Positions 1 through 10,400 of a stretch of 37,105 nucleotides of DNA are shown here, one piece after another. Below the pieces are notes generated by a model. That model was not told the DNA's origin. It did no database searches and worked only from the letters and a program-made list of their open reading frames with translations. The first letter of the stretch is position 1; each line of letters opens with the position of its first letter. The position numbers were made by a program, and so were the translations under genes. Source of the stretch: Octopus sinensis (taxonomy: Eukaryota); the NCBI RefSeq assembly GCF_006345805.1, contig NW_021832671.1:1-37105 (forward strand), given 5' to 3'.

Positions 1-30
1 AAGTCGAATACCATAACCACTGCACCACAC
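1..30 (-). mobile_element. Truncated tRNA-like SINE head at window edge
   Basis: Reverse complement reads gtgtggtgcagtggttatggtattcgactt, with an A-box-like TGGTGCAGTGG; the rest lies outside the window. Confidence 0.4.
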
Positions 31-323
31 AATCATGTTTACGCGCCGTCTGCACCACCTTCATTTCTCTGCCAATAACGAACTCTTGTAAAAAATAAAA
101 TAAAAATAAAAGAAGTCTGGAAGAACGAACTGTGTAATAAATAATTGACATTTGTGACAGATTCGAATGCTTGTTTGGCTTTTTTGTGTTGTAAAAGATA
201 AGAACCGGAAGCGGGAATCCGCTGGTCAACGATGGCTATTGTTCCATGCCATCTCTTCTCAACAGGTGATACACAAATGGTGAGATCACGTCTTATACAC
301 TTATCGATGCGTCTATCTCAAAA

Positions 324-400
324 CAACAACAGCAACAACTACTACTACCACTACTACTACCACCACCACCACCACCACCACCACCACCACAACCACCACC

Positions 401-437
<37 letters not shown>
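324..437. repeat. Compound trinucleotide microsatellite (CAA/CTA/CCA)
   Basis: Direct reading; explains the poly-N/Y/H ORF 232..474. Confidence 0.95.
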
Positions 438-440
<3 letters not shown>

Positions 441-590
441 TATAGTTTACTCTCTGTTTTTCTTGTTCTCTTAGTTTCATTACTTTTCTTTGTCCTATCT
501 TGCTTTTTCTTTTAAATCTATTTGTTTGTCGGTTGTCTGCCTGTCTGTCTACATGACAGTTTGTCTGTGTCCATCTATCTATTTATATCT

Positions 591-642
591 ATCTATATGT
601 ATGTATATTCGTTTACATCTATATGTATGTATATTCGTTTAC
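591..642 (+). repeat. 26-bp tandem duplication
   Basis: atctatatgtatgtatattcgtttac at 591-616 and 617-642. Confidence 0.9.
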
Positions 643-1073
643 AGGCATTAAAATATGAGATATTATAAAGTAGCTACTTAGAGTTTCATGTTGTCGCTAG
701 TTTTGTCAACAGCAAGAATGAATATAAACTGTACTATAGGATTTGAGTACTTTTTCACGTTGAAACCTCTAAAGGCAGGCACTGCCACATAATATATAGT
801 AATATACCATAAAATATATCTATAGATTATAGTGAACTCTGCAAGTATCAGACAGGCGTAAGGACGTTGTCTTTATATATAGTGGATCGAAAAAGAGTAA
901 TCGGCCGAATAAAGTCAATCAGATTTCAATAGCAACAGAGAGAAACCTTTTAATTCTCCACAGATGCATTGCATATAAACCTTGTCTTGCTTTAAAGTTT
1001 AAGTCGTGAGTAACCTTTACCGAGAAGCGGGCCACATCAAATACTTCTCGTCATCAGGCAGGTCGTATACAAA

Positions 1074-1490
1074 GGCGGCGAGCTGGCAGACGCGTTAGCA
1101 CCCCGGGCGAAATGCCTAACGGTATTTCGTCTGCTGTTATGTTCTGAGTTCAAATTCCGCCGAGGTCGACTTTACCTTTCAACCTTTCGGGATCAATAAA
1201 TTAAGTACCAGATTCGCACTGGGGTCGATCTAATCGACTTAATCCGTTTGTCTGTCCTTGTTTGTCCCCTCTGTCTTTAGCCCCTTGTGGGCAATAAAGA
1301 AATAGGTATTTCGTCTGTCTTTATGTTCTGAGTTCAAATTCCGCCGAGGTCGACTTTGCCTTTCATTCTTTCGGGATCGATAAATTAAGTACCAGATTCG
1401 CACTGGGGTCGATCTAATCGACTTAATCCGTTTGTCTGTCCTTGATTGTTCCCTCTATGTTTAGCCCCTTGTGGGTAATAAAGAAATAGG
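1074..1490 (+). mobile_element. SINE family A (tRNA head, Meta/MESC-like core), head plus two tandem bodies
   Basis: Head ggcggcgagctggcag with B-box gagttcaaattcc; core gccgaggtcgactttgcctttcatcctttcggggtcgataaa; body repeated with 184-bp period; flanking direct repeat ggt(c/t)gtataca at 1061-1071 and 1489-1499. The Meta/MESC resemblance is from memory and unverified. Confidence 0.9.
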
Positions 1491-1757
1491 TTGTATACAT
1501 AAACCTTCTTTGATTTTTAACTACTTTATTTAAACATGTCAGAGTGAAGAAGCATTTGATATTCCTTTTTTTTGTTTTGTTTTTCGATCGATTGCTTCGT
1601 TTTCTTTTCCTTGACGATTAGAAGTTCCTTTTTTTGTATATTTGCTATGTTGTCTACTTGGGATTTTATATACCTATTTGGATAAATCTAAGAGAACATC
1701 GACTTTCCATTGTGATCCCCAAAGCTGCTGCATATATAAAATACCAGAGATACTCAC

Positions 1758-1788
1758 AAGTATTTTAGGAAATTCAGTATTCAAGTAC
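1758..1788 (-). CDS. Candidate small exon (xYLNTEFPKIL), unverified
   Basis: Minus strand ccag|...|gtgagtat with a single open frame; no protein homology recognised. Confidence 0.12.
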
Positions 1789-2144
1789 CTGGATTTAATC
1801 AAGGTCACCGGATGCCACAGTATTTATCAGTTGAAGGTTTCTTATATTTACGAGGGCCAATGTTTTTATTCGTCATTTTCAGAATCCATTACAATGTATT
1901 TTGAAACTAAAAGATAAGCAAAAGAATTATATTGTTATATTGATATTTTTCGATATTTTGGATTAAAAAAGCCCTGAACACGAGAGAAATGGAGACTTAG
2001 TTCAGTCATGACTTTGGTCTCCATTGAGACATATGAGGAGGCAGGTGGGGGTGTGACATGCGTTGATGTGTTGTATTAAAGCCGTCGATTAATTACATCA
2101 CGTGACGTTGAGCTATAACTTGTTTTTAAAAATGAACGACTACT

Positions 2145-2470
2145 TTACTTATTCTTTTATTTGTTTCAGTCATTTCACTGTGGTCATGCTGGAGCACCGC
2201 CTTTAGTCGAGCAAATTGACCCCAGGACTTATTCTTTGTAAGCCTAGTACCTATTCTATCGGTCTATTTTGCCGAACCGCTAAGTTACGGGGACGTAAAC
2301 GCACCAGCATCGCTTGTCAAGCGATGTTGGGGGGCACAAACACAGACACACATACATATATACGACGGGCTTCTTTCAGTTTCCGTCTACCAAATCAACT
2401 CACAAGACAGTGGGACTGAACCCGGGAGCATGTGGTTGGTAAGCAAGCTACTTACCACACAGCCACTCCT
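2145..2470 (-). mobile_element. SINE family B with internal deletion
   Basis: Matches other B copies (gtggctgtgtggtaagtagc head, ttggtagacggaaactgaaagaagcccgtcg, tgactgaaacaa tail); about 50 nt missing near 2406. Confidence 0.9.
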
Positions 2471-2703
2471 ACTTGTTTACTTCCTAATATTCCAACTACT
2501 TTATATCGCTGGTTCTTTAGCCTGATTTGTTGAATCTATTCTCGACAAGGAAGACCTTCATTCTCTACGTAAGCAACATTGCCACTGGTTCAAAGGACGG
2601 TTCGGTCGGGCAAAATTACACAAAATCGCACACATACATACCTGTGTAATCACATACACTCACATACATGCATACAGGTACATTCTTACACATAAATATT
2701 TGT

Positions 2704-3069
2704 GGAGGTGCCATGTCCCAGTGGTTAGGGCAGCAGACTCCGTAGGATCGCCGTTTCGATTCCCAGACCGGGCGTTGTGAGTGTTTATTGAGCGAAAACC
2801 CCTAAAGCTCCACGAAGCTCCGGCAGGGGCTGGGTGGCGAACCCTGCTGTTCTCTTTCACCACAACTCTCTCTCACTCTTTCTTCCTGTTTCTGTTGTAC
2901 CTGTATTTCAAAGGGCCGGCCTTGTCACGCTGAATCTCCCCAAGGATTACGTTAAGGATACTCGTGTCTGTAGAGAACTCAGCCATTTGAACGTTAATTT
3001 TACAAGCTGGCTGTTTCGTTGATCGGATCAACTGGAACCCTCATCGTCGTACCCGACGGAGTCCCACGA
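2704..3069 (+). mobile_element. SINE family C, near full length
   Basis: tRNA-like head (cagtggttagggcagc, gtttcgattcc); 3' end ccctcatcgtcgtacccgacggagtcccac; homologous to 12928-13286 and 30060-30436. Confidence 0.9.
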
Positions 3070-3212
3070 TAAGTGTTTATGCAATGACACATAAAATATC
3101 GTCTAACATCCATAAATACCTCCATACATACCTATATATATATATATATATACATACATACATAGATTCATGCATAAATACATAAAATATAAATGGATCT
3201 CCGTCGGTTTCG

Positions 3213-3335
3213 ATGATGATTATTCTGTCGTTCAATCAACAGGACCATCTGCTCATTGAATTATATTTAAGTGGTTGAGTATTCCATGTATTTCTCAGAC
3301 CAAATAAGCAACAGAGTGCTGACCAAGGCTTCACA
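3213..3335 (-). mobile_element. Degenerate SINE C 3' fragment
   Basis: ctccgtcggtttcgatgatga...tgctcattgaattata resembles the C-family 3' end in reverse orientation. Confidence 0.6.
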
Positions 3336-3514
3336 CCTTTCAATAACTGGTGGGTTTTCGTATATAATTTCATTCACAAGGATTTGGGGCAACCCACACT
3401 ATAGCCCATGACACACGGCCAAGAATGTCACAACAAAGAAACGAACGCGGGGATTCATGACTGTGAAGCAAACTTCTTAACCGCCTGGTTACATACACAC
3501 ATGCATGCATACGT

Positions 3515-3546
<32 letters not shown>

Positions 3547-3814
3547 GTATATAGGTTCATGTGTGTATATGCGTGCATACATAACATGCACAGAGAGAGA
3601 GTGGTTAGGGACGGGGCTTATAAATATTGGATTGGCTGGTGTCGTGACCTCGTAGTTTAACGCATTCGACCCTTCCTTCCGATCAACGTTCGATATCCCA
3701 ACAACCGTTACTGAAGCTGAAATGTTGTAAAACCCATGTTTTAAATAAATAATACGGCCTTCAGATTTTTGAGCATGGACGAACTTTGTACATGTTGCGA
3801 GTGTATATGCAGAC

Positions 3815-4160
3815 CTCTCTCTCTCGCCCTCCCTCTCTCTTTCTCTGTCTCTGTCTCTTTCTTACTTTCTTTCTTTCTTTATCTCTCTCTCTATATATAC
3901 ATATGTGTGTGTGTATATACGTATGTATACACATATGTGTATATATATATTATATGTGTCTATGTATGTACGTATGTATACACATATATATATATACATG
4001 TGTGTGTATGTATGTATATATCTATATGTATATAATATATAATATATATATATATATACATGTATGTGTATGTATATCTATATATATATATATTTATATA
4101 TGAGTGCATATATCTGTATGTGTGTCTGTGTGTGTATTTGTGTGTATTATATGTGTATCT
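3815..4160. repeat. Compound (CT)n/(TA)n/(TG)n microsatellite
   Basis: Direct reading. Confidence 0.95.
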
Positions 4161-4672
4161 ATTTGAGTGTGTACACAGGTGGCCAATGGTTTCTTTCAGC
4201 TATCACGTCTAAACTAGAGTACAATCATATCTAAACTCAAATATTGTACTTTATTTTGAAAAACCTTAAGCAAAAATAGAAATAAGATAATGAGAGGAAA
4301 GAAATAAAAAAGGACGTGATGTCAATAAATGCAAATGCTATTTCGCGAAGTATTGTCATTCGTACTTTTCTTCGTCTTATAATATTACGAAGTCTCCAAT
4401 TCCTTCAACCAGGAATCGAAACTGTTGCGCCACTTTTGCAAAAACGAACTTTCTTATTTGCTCTACAGTACTTATGAAATATTGGTTTAAAATTTCGATA
4501 CAAGGCCATCAATTTCAGGAAGCGGGTGAAGTTGATTACCTCGCCTCCAGTTGTTAACTGATACTTCGGGGTTGGGTGGGGAATGAAAGATAAAGTCATC
4601 CTCAGAGGAATTTGAAATCGAAAATGTTAAAAATGGAATAAGTGAATAACACAAGATACCCTTTTGTCTTAC

Positions 4673-4705
4673 CGATTCAGCTATTTCCCTCTCCAATTTA
4701 ATTAG
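4673..4705 (-). CDS. Candidate 33-nt symmetric exon (LIKLEREIAES), unverified
   Basis: Minus strand tttggtag|cta...tcg|gtaaga; in frame, no stop; no homology recognised. Confidence 0.15.
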
Positions 4706-4811
4706 CTACCAAATATCATTTAAACCAGACACTACTATTTCCTCAAGCGAGGGTTACATTAGAATAAAGAAGTCCTTGGATATCATAAAATAATGTATAA
4801 TTTTAGATTAA

Positions 4812-5027
4812 GGCATCGAGTGGCAGAAATGGTTAGCAAGCCTAGCAAAAGAATGCTTAGCAGCATTTCGTCTGTCTTTATGTTCTGAGTTCAAATTCCG
4901 CCGAGGTCGACTTTGCCTTTTATCATTTCGGGGTAGATAAAATAAGAACCAGTTACACACTGGGGTCGATGTAATCAACTTATTCCCTTCCAGAAATAGT
5001 TGACTTTAAACCAAAATTTGAAACCAA
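4812..5027 (+). mobile_element. SINE family A with alternative 3' tail
   Basis: A head and core followed by tattcccttcc...ccaaaatttgaaacc instead of the ...aaagaaatagg tail. Confidence 0.85.
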
Positions 5028-5037
5028 TATATAAACC

Positions 5038-5105
5038 TGGATGGTCCTAGCTGGAATGTCTTTACTTTTTGATTAAGCTTGACCTTGGACTATATAACAA
5101 CAACA
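5038..5105 (+). mobile_element. Short retroelement 3' tail ending in (CAA)n
   Basis: gatggtcctagctggaatgtcttt...gaccttgg is similar to gatggtcacgtctggaacggcttt...gacctggg at 36877-36950. Confidence 0.5.
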
Positions 5106-5839
5106 AATGGTTTAGGTATCGACAAGTTAATTAAACGAACCAAAGCATTTATGAGCCCTGTTAGGTTTCATTAACTTCTGGTCATCGCAAGAAACGAAGC
5201 GGTTTATAGTCAACGGAAATGTAAGTTTGTCCGTCATCATCTTGTCTAGTCATCCATCATTTTCCAGGCGAAGCAATGTGGTTTTATGCAGCGAAAGAGG
5301 AGCAACAGAGCGTAGAACGATCATCGGTCCCCGGCGCTTGTTAATCTTTGATAATCTCTTCCTACCCAATAAGGAGAAGAATAAACACCACGAAAACAAT
5401 AGAGAGTGTCAAAGGAAAGGAAACAACACACACGCACACACACACACACACCACACACACACACATACACACAGAGGCAGTCGTATAAACACATTAGACG
5501 TGAACACATATACGGGAAAGTATGAATTAATAACAAGATTTCCTCGTATAAAACTAACACGAAATATATACAAGCTTATATAATGGCAGTGTAGAAGTGC
5601 GTGTAGAAATAATTGTCTGTGTATAAGCACACATATATATACACTAACATACAATACATACATGCATACATATACATACATATATATATGCATGTATTTT
5701 ATTTTCGAATGTGGAAAGGAAGAACGACAGATTTCTTTATAGCTTTCACCCGAGAACTTTTTACTACTTAGGATTTGGTTTGTACCACGAATGCAGATGT
5801 TACTTGGTGAGAGGTTTGGTTTAATAATAGATATACACC

Positions 5840-5883
<44 letters not shown>

Positions 5884-6067
5884 ATAAATACATACACACA
5901 CATGCTCACGCATGCACTCACAGACACGTGTTGTGTGTGTATTTATGGTTTGTGTAAACGAGGCAGTATTATCAATATTGACCTCACATCAAAAGAAATT
6001 ACAATTACACGGAAATATATCATTAGGAATAAACAAGACAGGCTTCATATATTACAACAAAACAGCC

Positions 6068-6069
<2 letters not shown>

Positions 6070-6100
<31 letters not shown>

Positions 6101-6175
6101 TGTATGTATGTATGTATGATGTATGTATGTAATATATGTATTATATTATATATATATTATATATATATATATATA

Positions 6176-6206
<31 letters not shown>

Positions 6207-6210
6207 GATT
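6070..6210. repeat. (TATG)n plus (TA)n microsatellite
   Basis: Direct reading. Confidence 0.95.
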
Positions 6211-6779
6211 ATGTGTGTGGGTGTTATCAATCAACAAAAAATGGGCAAAGAGAATAGACTTAATTTTCGCCCGCGGCGTTGTATATGAACAACACAGACA
6301 ATACAGGTATACCAAATACCATACAATATACATCTTTGATTTTTGAAATTATCTCCGCCTCACAACTAACATGTGACAATTGCAAAGAGGTACATATAGA
6401 GGGGAGAATCTCAAGTTTCAAGATTTCTCATTCTTGTCATACCATTAAGTAAAGGGAAAAGCTTATTGTATGCAGATAAGAAAGCGGTCGAGGACACGTG
6501 TTTCTGTTTGAATAAACGTTACCAGCACGATAGTGGTCGTAAACTACCTCCAGTAACCAAAAGACATTGACTTATACGCACAAAAAGAGTAGAACGCATT
6601 GATGACTTAAGTAAAATTAGGTTATAATGAGGCAAGAAAAATAACTGAGAGTTGACAGTGAGATGTATTTGAACAACATTGACAAATACAGGAATATCAA
6701 ATACCATACACAAATTCTGTAGAGGATATGTCATAATAACCAAATGGCAATTGACAAAAGCACCTATATATGCACATAT

Positions 6780-6856
6780 CGTGGCACTCCGTCAGTTACG
6801 GCGACGAGGGTTCCAGATGATCCGATCAACGGAACAGCCTGCTCGTGAAATTAATG
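6780..6856 (-). mobile_element. SINE C 3'-terminal fragment
   Basis: cgtggcactccgtcagttacggcgacgagggttccagatgatccgatcaacggaacagcctgctcg matches the C-family 3' end. Confidence 0.9.
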
Positions 6857-6965
6857 GATCAAATTTCTTAGTAATCTATGCAAGTTAAATAAAAGCTAGT
6901 ATGGTATATTAATTTTTATATTTGGTTACAAAATATAAAATAATTATAAAAATAATTATAAAATT

Positions 6966-7109
6966 AGCAGAGATGGATGTGAACTTTGTTCTATGGAGAC
7001 ATATGAAATTTCAAAACATAGGAATAATACAAACTTATTGAATCACCGTTCAGAATTGGGAGTATCTTGTATACATTGTGCCACTCGTACTTTTAAGTAT
7101 TTTAAATAA
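6966..7109 (+). mobile_element. Penelope-like element, ORF C-terminal fragment (downstream of the GIY-YIG domain)
   Basis: Translates SRDGCELCSMETYEISKHRNNTNLLNHRSELGVSCIHCATRTFKYFK*, matching the PLE C-terminal CxxC..E...LLNxRSE...CxH motif. Too short to appear in the ORF track. Confidence 0.8.
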
Positions 7110-7297
7110 TAACATTCTGACCATTCCTAAATTTTCGTTTCTAAATTTTCAAATCCTAATATTTTGTAACCAAATAAAAAATTAATATACCATACTGGCT
7201 TTTATTCAACCTGCATATATTACTAAGAAATTTCATTATATATATAAATCTAAATATAATGAAATTAGATTTTTTTTATACTCTCCTATATAGGATG

Positions 7298-7668
7298 AAA
7301 AAAATGCTATATATCTAGGGAAATTACTTGGTTCACTTTGATTACCTCCCTTCCATTAATTTTTAATATATCTTATTGACTCCTGATATATTTACTAAAT
7401 TGATAAAGTTTTTCTCCACAGTTGGTAAATATTATGTCTAACATATTCTTTTAATTCGACTCATTAATAAAACAAATCACCATTTACTAGCTAATAATGA
7501 TTCTATATTAATAGAAATAAATATATATATATATTTATATAAATATGAAATAATTGCAAAAAATTCTATATATCTAGAGAAATTAGTTGGTTCATCTTGA
7601 TTGCCTCCCTTTCATTACTTTTTAATATATCTTATTGACTCCTGATATATTTACTAAATTAATAAAGT
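7298..7668 (+). repeat. About 110-bp imperfect direct repeat, about 260 bp apart
   Basis: aaaaaatgctatatatctagggaaattacttgg...aaattgataaagtt (about 7298-7410) and aaaaaattctatatatctagagaaattagttgg...aaattaataaagtt (about 7558-7668). Confidence 0.85.
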
Positions 7669-7837
7669 TGGGAAATTCTATAAGTGGCTGAAGATTGCTC
7701 GGCATTTTAAAACTGATGTAATACTTACAGTGTTTAATAAAATGAAGTAGCATGAAACAATTGTACTACTCTACCTTGGATATACTTGTTGCTTATTTTG
7801 ATATATATGTATGTGTATAAATAAATAAATATATATA

Positions 7838-8225
7838 AACTTAGATAAACTAGATATGTTTCGACCAAAGATTGGTCCAGGCCATGTCTAACTTAATAGC
7901 ACCACCTGATAGGATATTCGAATCCTGTTTAAGTCAAGTTTTGTTTAAGTCAAGTTTTGTTCAAGTAGTGAGTTCTTGTTGGGTGAGTTGTATCCAGTTT
8001 TGTTCAAGTAGTGAGTTCTTGTTGGGTGAGTTGTATCCAATTATGGGTGGCTTATCTGGTATTCTTTGAAGGAATCTATCCAGACTCTGTTTAAAGTTGA
8101 TGGGATCCTTTTCCTCTTTGATCTCCCTCGGGACAATGTTAAATAGGGCAGGGCCTGTTGAGGAAAAGAAATTATGTTGCAGTGTACATGTATGTTGTGA
8201 TCTTGAATTGGGCAAGGGACGTATA
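7838..8225 (-). mobile_element. 5'-truncated non-LTR retrotransposon (CR1/L2 group, Crack/Daphne-like), ORF2 C-terminus and 3' UTR
   Basis: TLQHNFFSSTGPALFNIVPREIKEEKDPINFKQSLDRFLQRIPDKPPIIGYNSPNKNSLL fits the GPxLFNxxP...FKxxLDxFLxxIPDxP motif; 3' stem-loop gacc-aatcttt-ggtc followed by gaaac. Confidence 0.85.
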
Positions 8226-8271
8226 TATAAGAGAACAAAGTGTACATATGCCACTATATATATATGATACA

Positions 8272-8498
8272 AAATGGGACAAGAACGCAAAACTTCCGGA
8301 CAGCTAGGTGATACAAAAAGGGACAACAAAACATCCATAAAGACGATACAAAGAAAACAAGGACGGGTCATTCGAAGTTTTCTTTCCTCACTCAAGCACC
8401 AGATTATCGTCGCAATTTCGGCTATCAGCCGAAGGATGTTTTGTTGTCCCTTTTTGTATCACCTAACTATCCGGATGTTTTGCGTTCTTATCCCATTT
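8272..8498. repeat. Fold-back element in (TA)n, 65-bp inverted arms
   Basis: 8272-8336 is the reverse complement of 8434-8498 with 4 mismatches; the interior is homologous to 12759-12888 and 25700-25825. Confidence 0.9.
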
Positions 8499-8531
8499 CA
8501 TATATATATATGTGTGTATATATTGTTTATG

Positions 8532-8766
8532 CAGTAATCCCTCGACTATCGCAAGTTTTACGTTCCAAACCCCACCGCGGTAGGTGAAAATCCGCAAAGT
8601 AGAAGCAGTACTGTATATTGTTTTTTATTATTTTTATAATTTGTATTTATTTATTTTATTATAAATACAAAACAACACCACGGAGAAATCGACGTAAGCT
8701 TAAATGAAAAAAAACCGCGATAGGTGAACCGCGATATGTGAACCGCGATAGGACGAGAGATTACTG
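8532..8766. mobile_element. Tc1/mariner-superfamily (Tigger/pogo-like) MITE
   Basis: TIRs cagtaatccctcgactatcgc and gcgataggacgagagattactg; TA on the right flank; three subterminal aaccgcgata repeats. Confidence 0.85.
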
Positions 8767-8937
8767 TATACCTGTATGAATAAACGAATAAATAAATAGA
8801 CAAAACGTGTACATATGTAAATAAGCCAATATGACAAGAATAATCACTGAAGCCTTGAGTCATAAAGAGGAGTCATTTTATGAATATGCATAACATACAG
8901 CAACGCCCTTCAATCCCTCTCTGTCTATCTCTCTTCT

Positions 8938-8969
<32 letters not shown>

Positions 8970-9153
8970 CTTTTTCCTTCATCTATTCCTTCCCGTCCTT
9001 TCATTAGACATAGAGAGGCGGAGGTTAATATGCGCACATTATATATGCATTTTTTTTGGGGGGGGGGATTTATACTTTGTCAGTCTCCTTCTTTCCTTCT
9101 TTCTCCTCCTCTTTGTCATTTTGATCGTTATCGTACCATATTGTGTGTTGTAA

Positions 9154-9490
9154 GGACAATGGCTCAGTGGTCAGAGCGTCGAGCTTACGATCATGAGGTT
9201 GTGAGTTCGATTCCCGGACCGGGCTGCGTGTTGTGTTCTTGAGCAAGACACTTTATTTCGCTTTGCTCCATTTCACTCAGCTGTAGAAATGAGTTGCGAC
9301 GTCACTGGTGCCAAGCTGTATCGGCCCCTTTGCCTTTCCCTTGGATAACATCAGTGGTGTGGAGAGGGGAGGCTGGTATGCATGGGCGACTGCAGGCCTT
9401 CCATAAATAACGTTGCCCGGACGTGTGCCTCGGAGGGTAACTTTCTAGGTGCAATCCCACTGTCATTCATGACCGAAGGGGGTCTCACAA
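9154..9490 (+). mobile_element. SINE family D (tRNA head, CORE/V-like central region)
   Basis: A-box tggctcagtgg, B-box gagttcgattcc, then gttcttgagcaagacacttt...cactcagctgtagaaatgagt; ends atgaccgaagggggtctc. Confidence 0.8.
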
Positions 9491-9604
9491 GGGCAATTCC
9501 CGATCCTTAATGGTAGGTCTTGACAGATACGTTTATATCGATTGGGACAGTCATATCAATGAGGAGGCATGATTTTTGTCCGAGGTCTTTCAATATACTG
9601 TCTT

Positions 9605-9612
9605 TATTATTA

Positions 9613-9665
<53 letters not shown>
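9605..9665. repeat. (TTA)n microsatellite
   Basis: Direct reading. Confidence 0.95.
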
Positions 9666-9944
9666 GCTATTTCTTTGTATCGCAGTGTAGGTAAAAATGC
9701 ACCTGAGAGTTTAGTTATCTGTCAAGTTACAACAAGGACCTCAGACAGATAATACTTTCCTTGAGATGTGCGCTGTGTCCAATAAGGCCGCTTGATTATT
9801 ATCATTATTATTATTGTTGTTGTTGCTGTTGTTGTTATCAAACTATGCCGATGGTGCTTCATATGAACTCAGCAGTCACTCCTACTTCGCTTACAGGACA
9901 TACTGTGGTTGTGATTCTGCGCATGTGTCGGCTGTCTGCCTTCA

Positions 9945-10016
9945 GTATATAATATATATTATATATTATATATATACATACATATATATTATATATATAT
10001 AGATATATATATATAT

Positions 10017-10059
<43 letters not shown>

Positions 10060-10400
10060 ATATATATATAATAATATATATTATATATATACATATATTA
10101 TTGTTTTTATCATTTAATTATCAAAATTCGTTATTATTGTTGTTGTTGTTATAATCATTGCTTTGTATTATCATTTCTTTCTCAGCTCACCACCTCCTCT
10201 CCTCCTCCTCCTCCTCCTCCTCCTCATTATGCATCATCATCATCATCATCGTCAATGTCGTTGTCGTCGTCGTCCCAACCACCGCCATCCTCCTTATTAT
10301 CATCATCATCATCGTCGTCGCCATCACCGCCTTCTGCATTCTCCTCTCCCTTCTCCTCTCTTTTCCACTCTGCCCGCTCCCCCCACTCCCTTCATCGTAG
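9945..10400. repeat. (TA)n followed by (TTG)/(CCT)/(CAT)/(CGT) compound repeats
   Basis: Direct reading; explains the low-complexity ORFs 10158-10485. Confidence 0.95.

Noticed and set aside
1074-1490. CRISPR-like or satellite array
   Set aside because: Only two 184-bp units of a dispersed SINE, with no unique spacers and a eukaryotic context.
4390-4760. Transposase or RT remnant
   Set aside because: Short open frames on both strands with no recognisable motif; left unassigned.
7961-8395. 144-aa host gene
   Set aside because: A composite of a fold-back repeat (N-terminal part) and a LINE ORF2 C-terminus, not a cellular gene.
9154-9230. tRNA gene
   Set aside because: A and B boxes are present, but there is no proper acceptor or anticodon stem and the sequence continues into a SINE body. 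The same applies to the heads of families A, B and C.
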